This document shows, piece by piece, positions 1 to 6,465 of a DNA stretch of 18,000 nt. The DNA is taken from NCBI GenBank assembly GCA_016839945.1, contig JAEOTE010000011.1, positions 1-18,000 on the forward strand, written 5' to 3'. This DNA comes from Candidatus Heimdallarchaeota archaeon. Lineage in GTDB: Archaea; Asgardarchaeota; Heimdallarchaeia; Heimdallarchaeales; Heimdallarchaeaceae. Numbering within the stretch: position 1 is the stretch's first letter; every line of letters starts with the position of its first letter. The position numbers were made by a program, and so were the translations under genes. The notes below the pieces were generated by a model. It saw only the letters and a program-made list of their open reading frames with translations, had not been told where the DNA came from and ran no database searches.

Positions 1-372
1 ATCCTCTACATATTCAATTTTCTTAATTAGATATTTTATGGAATTAAAACCTTTAACTACCTTGTTTAGAATTTGAATGTTTTTCTTATCATTCTCTGAT
101 AATTTTCTTGTAGTAAGAAGAAGTTTGTCAAGATGATTGGCAATCTTATCATATTCATATGGTGATAGTTTTTCATCTTCTAATACAGATTCTATCTCCC
201 AACCATAGTTCATAGACTCTAAAACTGCTTCTTCTAGATCTAAAAGAACTTCAGATTCATTTAGAGGTAGCTCTATATTTCTCTCTATAAATGTTCTAGT
301 GATTTTATTTACTTCTTCCAGTTTTTCCAACCGTTCTTCAAGAACTTCACTGGGAGTGTAATCTTTATTCAT
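1..372 (-). CDS. Hypothetical acidic/helical protein, runs off the window's left edge (MNKDYTPSEVLEERLEKLEEVNK...)
   Basis: Manually translated: ATG at 372 preceded by GGAG SD (379-382), 124 open codons to the window edge, TTTTAAA TATA-like box near 419-425. Not in the ORF track because no stop lies inside the window. No recognisable motif. Confidence 0.8.
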   Translation of the reverse strand, partial: MNKDYTPSEVLEERLEKLEEVNKITRTFIERNIELPLNESEVLLDLEEAVLESMNYGWEIESVLEDEKLSPYEYDKIANHLDKLLLTTRKLSENDKKNIQILNKVVKGFNSIKYLIKKIEYVED

Positions 373-451
373 TTAGATCTCCTATGGTTCTTTCAACATC
401 AGAAAGGGTAATGATTTCTTTAAAACCTTTGCATTTAAGGTCTTTAAGTGT

Positions 452-488
452 AAAAAGATGAAGTAAAAAGGAGAAGAAAAATGCAAAA
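452..488 (-). terminator. U-rich archaeal-type terminator after the M20 gene
   Basis: Minus strand reads TTTTGCATTTTTCTTCTCCTTTTTACTTCATCTTTT directly after the TAA stop. Confidence 0.5.
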
Positions 489-1628
489 TTATTGTGAATA
501 ACTTTCAATTATAGCATCATATAGTAAGTTCGCATAATCGATTACTTCTTGTTTTTCTGTATATTCATTTGTGACATGTAATTGATCGAATTTTCCTGGT
601 CCCATAATGATAAAGGGAGTATTATTTTCTGGTACTAACATTGCACCATCAGTACCATAGTTCACTCCAATTAACTGATCCTTACCAAAATCCTTTGCTT
701 TTCCTCTCAGCTTTTCAAAAAATCCTGTTTTCTCTTCCAGTTCTAGAGCTGGAATCTCGTGAATAATTTCAATTTCGACCTTTGCTTCTTCTTTATCATT
801 AAATTCTTTAATTATTTCATTTATTTTTTCTTTAGTTTTTTCTCTCAAATCATCTTTAACTAATCTGAAATCACAACGAAATTCGCAATATTCTGGCACA
901 ACGTTGATTACAGTCCCACCTTTAATCTCACCTATATTCAAAGTAGATTTTCCTAATATTTCATGCTCAAATTCAGAAAGAGCTTCTTTCATCTTAGGTA
1001 TTAGCTTTGATGCAGCTTCAATGGAATTAATACCTAAGTGAGGAGTTGAACCATGAGCAGATTTTCCCCTAAGTTTAACATTAATCCACAAAGTGCCTTT
1101 TTCAGCTACTCCTACCATCAGCTCTGTTGGTTCTCCGATTACTATAAATTCGCAATCTTTCATTATTCCTTTGTCTTTGGCTACAACAGCTCCATCCATC
1201 CCAATTTCTTCATCAGAAGTTCCCAGAAAGATAATTCTCCTATTCAGATTAATATTATTGTGCTTCAATTTGTTTATTATAGCAATAAAAGCTGCTACTG
1301 CACCCTTCATGTCTGTTGATCCTCTTCCATAGATTTTTCCATCATCTTCTATTCCCTCAAATGGAGGAAATTTCCATTTCTCTTCATCACCTGCAGGAAC
1401 AGTATCTAAATGTCCAGTCAAGATTATTGTTTTGTCTCCTTCTCCATATTCTGCAATGATATTAGCTCTTTTTTCTCCATATTCTTGAATTGTGTTTTTA
1501 ATCCCTATATCATCAAAAATATTCGATATATAATTCACAGCATTAATTGTAAACCCAGGTGGATTTTCTGTTTTTATTTTGATTAATTCTTTCAAGATAG
1601 GTATAACATCTTCTTCTAGAATTTGCAT
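489..1628 (-). CDS. M20 family metallo-hydrolase (ArgE/DapE-like deacylase)
   Basis: Metal and catalytic motifs GHLDTVP, GRGSTDMKG, DEE, IGEPT and C-terminal H (LHVTNE); dimerisation-domain motifs G.SAHGS.P..G.N and GGT..NVVP. Confidence 0.93.
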   Translation of the reverse strand: MQILEEDVIPILKELIKIKTENPPGFTINAVNYISNIFDDIGIKNTIQEYGEKRANIIAEYGEGDKTIILTGHLDTVPAGDEEKWKFPPFEGIEDDGKIYGRGSTDMKGAVAAFIAIINKLKHNNINLNRRIIFLGTSDEEIGMDGAVVAKDKGIMKDCEFIVIGEPTELMVGVAEKGTLWINVKLRGKSAHGSTPHLGINSIEAASKLIPKMKEALSEFEHEILGKSTLNIGEIKGGTVINVVPEYCEFRCDFRLVKDDLREKTKEKINEIIKEFNDKEEAKVEIEIIHEIPALELEEKTGFFEKLRGKAKDFGKDQLIGVNYGTDGAMLVPENNTPFIIMGPGKFDQLHVTNEYTEKQEVIDYANLLYDAIIESYSQ

Positions 1629-1660
1629 TTAAATCATATCAGCTACTGATTGACTAGTTT

Positions 1661-3250
1661 TTAACTTTTCACATTCGTTATTTCGGACTTGTTTTTGTCA
1701 AAAGTTAATATGTTGAAATTTTTAGGTCTATAGAGAACATAAGTTAAAATACCAATTAGAATTAGAAAAGCAGCTATTAAGAATGTTACAACATAAGCAA
1801 ATGCATCAGGATTTCCAGAAGACATCCAAAGCGTTTCTAATGGTCTTAAAAGCAACATTATTGCTGTACCTAAACTTACGATAGCAACGCCTATCTGTGG
1901 AGTTGTGAATACTGCTAGTAATACTAAACCGATGAGTAAACTTAAGCCTATTATTTTTCCCAATTTTTTGTTCAATCTAATTTTTGAAATTCTGTTAACC
2001 ATCACATATACCCATATCCCTACAAACAGAATAGCTAAAGATGAATAAATAGCTATAATTGTTGCATTTCTTGAAACAATGGAATCAGCAATAGGACCTG
2101 TAATAATTGTTCCACCAAGTCCCCACGATAAATAAAAAGTGGCATTAAAATAACCCATCATTTTTCCACGTTTTTCAAGAGGAACTACTCTGTTGACCAT
2201 GGAATATGAAGTGGTTTGTACCCAGACTCTAGTAAAACCTCTACAAGCCATAAAGATAAAAACAAACACTATATGTGGTGCGAAAGGTAGAGCCATTGTC
2301 CCTATAAACGCAAGTATGAAACCAGCTAATAGTAACTTTCCATCTCCAAATTTCTTCGTTAGAAAGCCAATGACCAGACCTGCAATAATCATAGAAACAC
2401 TCGTAGTGTTTCTTAACTGTGCTACAATCATATCAGAAGCATCAAAAGTATAAGGCAGTCGTACATGTATATTTACCAGCTGATTTATACTATTTCCACC
2501 GATATTTACAATTGCTAAGATAACTAATAACCAAATAAATATCTTCCATTCCCATTTCTTTTCTTTGCCATTGTTAATTGAATTTGATCTCATCTTTTGT
2601 TGTTCTTCATATATTTCTGCTAGCTCTTCATCTTCACTGCCTTCAAGATCAGCATATGACTCTGGAATTAAAGCCAAGGCTACTAAACTGAAAACCATTA
2701 TTCCAGATGAAATGAAGAATAGATTCCCTTGAGCAAATCCTATACCATCTAAATAAATGAAACCACTTGCTGTTACTCCTAAAACATTGCCAATTCCACC
2801 AACAAATTGAAGCAATCCCATAGTTCGACTTCTTTCTGAATCTTTTGTAAGGTCTGCAATGAGTGTTGTCCAACCTAAATTGCTACTACTCCATCCTGCT
2901 TCGATTATTGTAAAACCTATAATAATTGTAAAAGCTGCAGCTCTTAATGCTCCATCTGTTTCATATCCTTTATGAATCCAATAAACCACCAAATAACCAA
3001 TTGCTGCATATAATTCACCAAAAATTATTAACAATCTTCTTTTTTTGAATTTGTCAGAGATTCTTCCCCAAATACCTGACTGTGATGCGATATTAGCGAT
3101 CATTGGGAGAGTAGCAAACAAAGTCATCTCAGTGTTTGTAACATGAAGATACTCTTTTAGATAGATACTAAGAAAGAAATAGAATATACCTCTTCTAAAT
3201 TGAGCCATTATCTGAAATATTGATAAGCTTACGAAGTGTTTCCTTAGCAT
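1661..3250 (-). CDS. Major facilitator superfamily transporter, with extra C-terminal hydrophobic segments
   Basis: At least 12 hydrophobic helices, MFS motif A-like GRISDKFKKRR, repeat motifs ERSRTMG and KRGKMMG, long acidic central loop. Confidence 0.9.
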   Translation of the reverse strand: MLRKHFVSLSIFQIMAQFRRGIFYFFLSIYLKEYLHVTNTEMTLFATLPMIANIASQSGIWGRISDKFKKRRLLIIFGELYAAIGYLVVYWIHKGYETDGALRAAAFTIIIGFTIIEAGWSSSNLGWTTLIADLTKDSERSRTMGLLQFVGGIGNVLGVTASGFIYLDGIGFAQGNLFFISSGIMVFSLVALALIPESYADLEGSEDEELAEIYEEQQKMRSNSINNGKEKKWEWKIFIWLLVILAIVNIGGNSINQLVNIHVRLPYTFDASDMIVAQLRNTTSVSMIIAGLVIGFLTKKFGDGKLLLAGFILAFIGTMALPFAPHIVFVFIFMACRGFTRVWVQTTSYSMVNRVVPLEKRGKMMGYFNATFYLSWGLGGTIITGPIADSIVSRNATIIAIYSSLAILFVGIWVYVMVNRISKIRLNKKLGKIIGLSLLIGLVLLAVFTTPQIGVAIVSLGTAIMLLLRPLETLWMSSGNPDAFAYVVTFLIAAFLILIGILTYVLYRPKNFNILTFDKNKSEITNVKS

Positions 3251-3380
3251 TGCAATTTCCTTCTTGGATCTTCAATTTCAGTTAGTTAGTACTAAATTGA
3301 TATTTCAGAAAGTTAGTTGATTATTAACATTATGCTTGTTTTCCCATACAGAAAGCATGAGATACGAAAATTGCGAAGGT

Positions 3381-3397
3381 AATAAATTTTTTAAATA
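3381..3397 (+). promoter_or_regulatory. Putative BRE/TATA promoter of thrS; predicted transcription start near G3417
   Basis: AATAAA-TTTTTTAAATA, with TTTAAATA (3390-3397) 27 nt before the GAGGAC that opens the leader helix. Confidence 0.6.
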
Positions 3398-3416
3398 TAT
3401 GATGTTTAACAATTTT

Positions 3417-3524
3417 GAGGACAATGCTAGGTGAATATGAAACAATTAAATAGCAATTTTTTAATATCCCTACAGATAAGTAGGTGCGCTGTCCTCTTGA
3501 GAAAAGTTTTACAGGTGATAAAAT
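3417..3524 (+). promoter_or_regulatory. Structured thrS 5' leader (candidate cis-regulatory RNA)
   Basis: GAGGACA (3417-3423) is complementary to TGTCCTC (3490-3496); internal hairpin CCTAC-AGATAA-GTAGG; three AGGTG copies; contains a uORF. Confidence 0.55.
3424..3453 (+). CDS. Putative thrS leader peptide MLGEYETIK
   Basis: ATG CTA GGT GAA TAT GAA ACA ATT AAA TAG, 7 nt from the predicted transcript start. Mirrors the leuS uORF in length and in position of the cognate codon. Confidence 0.4.
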   Translation: MLGEYETIK

Positions 3525-5442
3525 GGTCAAAGTAGTTTTACCAGATGAAAGTATAATAGATGTTCCTAAAGGAAAAACTGTATATGAAATAGCACAACAA
3601 ATCAGTCAAGGTTTAGCTGATGCTGCAATCGCTGCCAAAATTGACGGGAAATTAGTAGACTTACATTATGTGATAGAAGAAGATGTGAAACTCGAAATTC
3701 TAACTAACAAATCAGAAGAAGCATTACACGTCTTAAATCACAGTGCAGCTCATATAATGGCTGGAGCGGTTGTTGATCTATTTCCAGATGCAAAACCAAC
3801 CATAGGACCAAGTATAGATCCTGTTGGGTTTTACTATGATTTCTATGTTGAAGAACCATTCACTCAAGAGGACTTAGAACGAATTCAGAAAAGAGTAGAA
3901 GAAATAATACTAGAAGACACTGAATTTATTAGAGAAGAAATGTCTTTATCTGAAGCCATTAAACATTATGAGAAAGAAGACATAAATAAGTTCAAAGTAG
4001 AAATTCTAAAGGAAACAGAAGAGAAAGAAATATCCTTCTATTCCCATGGAGATGGGGCCTTCAAAGATTTATGTCGTGGACCACATTTACCAACAACCAA
4101 AAAAGTTAAAGCTGTAAAAATCTTAAACGCTTCTTCTGCATTCTGGCGAGCTGATGCTGCTAGAGAATCATTACAACGAGTTTATGGTGTAGCATTTTTC
4201 ACTTCTAAAGAACTGAAAAAGCACATTAATATGCTTGAAGAAGCAAAGAAAAGAGATCATCGCATCCTTGGGAGACAGCTTGATTTGTTTGATACAGCTG
4301 ATGAATGGGGACCAGGTATGCCTATAATCTACCCTAAAGGAAGAGCTATTCTAGAAGTTATGAGAGATTTCTGGAATAAAGAACATGAGAAAGCTGGATA
4401 TGATTTAGTTCAAACTCCTCATGTCTATAAAGAAATTGTTTGGCAAACCAGCGGTCATACTGACTACTATATTGAAAATATGTTCCCAATTAATTTACAA
4501 GGTGAAAAATGGTTTGTTAAACCCATGAATTGCCCCGGACACATGCTAATCTTCAATCGTCGAACTTACTCATATAGGGAACTTCCTGTTCGAATTGGAG
4601 AAATGGGAACTGTTTACCGTAACGAACTTTCAGGAGTACTACACGGATTATTCAGAATTCAAAGTATAACTCAAGATGATGCTCATCTATTCATGCTACC
4701 AGATCAGTTGGAAGATGAGATTGTAGGTGTCATTGAAATGGTCAATCATTTCTACAAAGTCTTTGGTTTTACTGATTGGGAATTTTTCATCAGTACAAAA
4801 CCAGAAAGGGCAATTGGTACTGAAGAAGGATGGAATCATGCAATAGATTCTCTTAAGAATGCTTTAGTTAGAGCAGGACAACAATACAAGATTAAAGAGG
4901 GTGAAGGAGTATTCTATGGTCCAAAGATTGATGTTGATGTAAAAGATGCAATAGGAAGAAGATGGCAACTTGCAACTATTCAAGTTGATTTTAACCTTCC
5001 AGACAGATTTGATATCAATTACATTGGTGAAGATGGACAGAAACACAGACCATATGTTATTCATCGAGTAATCTATGGAGCAACCGAAAGATTCCTTGCT
5101 ATACTCGTAGAACATTATGCAGGAAAATTACCTGTCTGGTTAAGTCCAACTCAAGCAATAATCATTCCAATAACTGACAACCAAATTGAATATGCAAAGA
5201 AGGTTTCACACGAATTAAAACAAGCAGGTATAAGAGCAGAACCAGATCTTAGTGGAGACAGAATGGAATACAAAATAAGACATGCTACAATGCAAAAAAT
5301 CCCTTACATAATCAATGTAGGAGAAAAAGAAGTTGAATCTAAAAATATAGCTGTAAGATCACGAGGAAATAAGGTTGAATTTGGTGTGAACATTCGGGAT
5401 TTCATTAGAAAAGTACTAAAAGAAATTGGAGAATATAAATAA
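3523..5442 (+). CDS. thrS: Threonine--tRNA ligase, bacterial/eukaryal type (TGS + editing + class II core + anticodon-binding domain), 639 aa
   Basis: TGS N-terminus, editing motifs NHSAAH and DLCRGPH, RDHR, KPMNCPGH, YRNE.SG.LHGL.R, QDDAH, FYGPKID, IHR, ERF, P.WLSP.Q. Start moved from GTG 3484 to ATG 3523 because AGGTG lies 5 nt upstream and homology begins at MVKVVLPD. Confidence 0.97.
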   Translation: MVKVVLPDESIIDVPKGKTVYEIAQQISQGLADAAIAAKIDGKLVDLHYVIEEDVKLEILTNKSEEALHVLNHSAAHIMAGAVVDLFPDAKPTIGPSIDPVGFYYDFYVEEPFTQEDLERIQKRVEEIILEDTEFIREEMSLSEAIKHYEKEDINKFKVEILKETEEKEISFYSHGDGAFKDLCRGPHLPTTKKVKAVKILNASSAFWRADAARESLQRVYGVAFFTSKELKKHINMLEEAKKRDHRILGRQLDLFDTADEWGPGMPIIYPKGRAILEVMRDFWNKEHEKAGYDLVQTPHVYKEIVWQTSGHTDYYIENMFPINLQGEKWFVKPMNCPGHMLIFNRRTYSYRELPVRIGEMGTVYRNELSGVLHGLFRIQSITQDDAHLFMLPDQLEDEIVGVIEMVNHFYKVFGFTDWEFFISTKPERAIGTEEGWNHAIDSLKNALVRAGQQYKIKEGEGVFYGPKIDVDVKDAIGRRWQLATIQVDFNLPDRFDINYIGEDGQKHRPYVIHRVIYGATERFLAILVEHYAGKLPVWLSPTQAIIIPITDNQIEYAKKVSHELKQAGIRAEPDLSGDRMEYKIRHATMQKIPYIINVGEKEVESKNIAVRSRGNKVEFGVNIRDFIRKVLKEIGEYK

Positions 5443-5489
5443 AACTCCTTTTTATATTTTTTAATAAAATAAGAAAATTGGGAAAGGAT
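5443..5489. terminator. Bidirectional U-tract terminator region between convergent thrS and DAK2 genes
   Basis: CCTTTTTATATTTTTT on the plus strand after thrS; A-tracts (U-tracts on the minus strand) after the DAK2 stop. Confidence 0.5.
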
Positions 5490-6173
5490 TTAATTTCCAT
5501 TTTGAAGTTTTTCAAATTCTTCCTCAATATGAGCAATTTTCATGCCAAGGCTATCCATTAATTGGAAACACCAACCTAACCAAACATTAACAAAGCCCAT
5601 AGCTCCTGCATCAACGACTCCAGCTTCTTTTAACACAGGAAGCAAATTAGGTGTATTTTCAAGAGAAACAACTGCAGTAGCATAAGTTTCTGTAATCATT
5701 TCTGTCCAGTCACCACCTTTCTCAGCGATAGTCTTAGCAATAGCTGCTGTATCTTTGATAACTGTAAGAATAGTTCCTTCAGTTGGATGAAGGACTGCTT
5801 CATATGCCCATTCACAACCTGCTTCTAATGCTATAGCAAAATCTTCTATTCCTACTTCTTCATGTTCTTCAATTTCAGCACTAAATCCTTGGAAGAATTG
5901 GGAAATAATTACACCAGAATTTCCTTTTGCCCCAAGAAAACTGCCTTTGGTTATAAGTTGAGCAATTTCTGGAATAGTAGAAGAATCTACATCATCAAAC
6001 TGTTCAATAACTGCTCGTATTGTTAAAAACAAATTAACTCCTGTGTCTCCATCAGGAATTGGAAAAACATTGATTGCGTTAAGCTCTTCTTTTGTTTGCT
6101 CTAGATTGCTTGCTGCAGTGAGCATCATTTTCTTCAATGTTACGCCGTCTATTTTTGAGTTAGGTACCATCAC
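5490..6173 (-). CDS. DAK2-domain protein equivalent to the N-terminal ATP-binding domain of fatty acid kinase FakA/YloV (start GTG 6173 or ATG 6170)
   Basis: LNAINVFPIPDGDTGVN, GAKGNSGVIISQF, YEAV..PTEGTILTV and TPNLLPVLKEAGVVDAGA match FakA/YloV N-domain motifs. Confidence 0.9.
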   Translation of the reverse strand: MMVPNSKIDGVTLKKMMLTAASNLEQTKEELNAINVFPIPDGDTGVNLFLTIRAVIEQFDDVDSSTIPEIAQLITKGSFLGAKGNSGVIISQFFQGFSAEIEEHEEVGIEDFAIALEAGCEWAYEAVLHPTEGTILTVIKDTAAIAKTIAEKGGDWTEMITETYATAVVSLENTPNLLPVLKEAGVVDAGAMGFVNVWLGWCFQLMDSLGMKIAHIEEEFEKLQNGN

Positions 6174-6177
6174 TTCT

Positions 6178-6237
6178 TTAGCCCCATTGTCTTTGTGGTT
6201 TCTTTCGTTTGTTACGAATCTTACTCTGTGGAAGCAC
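6178..6237 (-). CDS. Putative 19-aa basic small protein or uORF, MLPQSKIRNKRKKPQRQWG
   Basis: GTG start with AAGGAAG 9 nt upstream; TAA ends 4 nt before the DAK2 GTG; 7 of 19 residues are K/R. Confidence 0.35.
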   Translation of the reverse strand: MLPQSKIRNKRKKPQRQWG

Positions 6238-6255
6238 TATTTAATACTTCCTTGT

Positions 6256-6367
6256 TTATATGTACATAAAATATTGAACAGTATAATTACAATTTCAATA
6301 TTCTGCAATTTCTCTCCAAAAATTACTTTAAAAAATTATGCATTGTGCTTATTATATGGCCATAAAA
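6256..6367. repeat. Two copies of the imperfect palindrome TTATATG-NN-CATAAAA (6256-6271 and 6352-6367), candidate operator pair
   Basis: 14 of 16 positions identical, 96 bp apart; each core (TATGTACATA, TATGGCCATA) is a perfect 10-bp palindrome. Confidence 0.5.
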
Positions 6368-6387
6368 CACTTGAATTCTTAAGAATT

Positions 6388-6410
6388 GGAGAAAAAGAAG
6401 AAAAAAAGAA
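6388..6410 (-). terminator. U-rich terminator downstream of leuS
   Basis: Minus strand TTCTTTTTTTCTTCTTTTTCTCC about 55 nt after the leuS stop. Confidence 0.55.
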
Positions 6411-6465
6411 TAATAGTAATTTTCAAAGTTCCAATTATGATCTTTTCTTATGTTTGCTTTATTCA

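Noticed and set aside
3277-3358. AGTTAGTT direct repeat and ATGCTT...AAGCAT inverted repeat upstream of the MFS gene; also AGTTAA x3 and TGGCT...AGCCA at about 11077-11150
   Set aside because: Short and low-complexity; expected by chance at this base composition.
3417-3497. tRNA gene (7-bp acceptor-like stem, about 80 nt) upstream of thrS; likewise 9530-9597
   Set aside because: No D-loop GG, no TTCRA T-loop and no cloverleaf; the interior is too AT-rich.
3484-3522. 13-aa N-terminal extension of ThrRS from GTG 3484 (ORF track)
   Set aside because: No SD at a usable distance and it lies inside the leader helix. ATG 3523 has a proper SD and matches the TGS domain start.
6374-6387. Perfect 14-bp palindrome AATTCTTAAGAATT
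   Set aside because: Single copy, almost all A/T, with no independent support.
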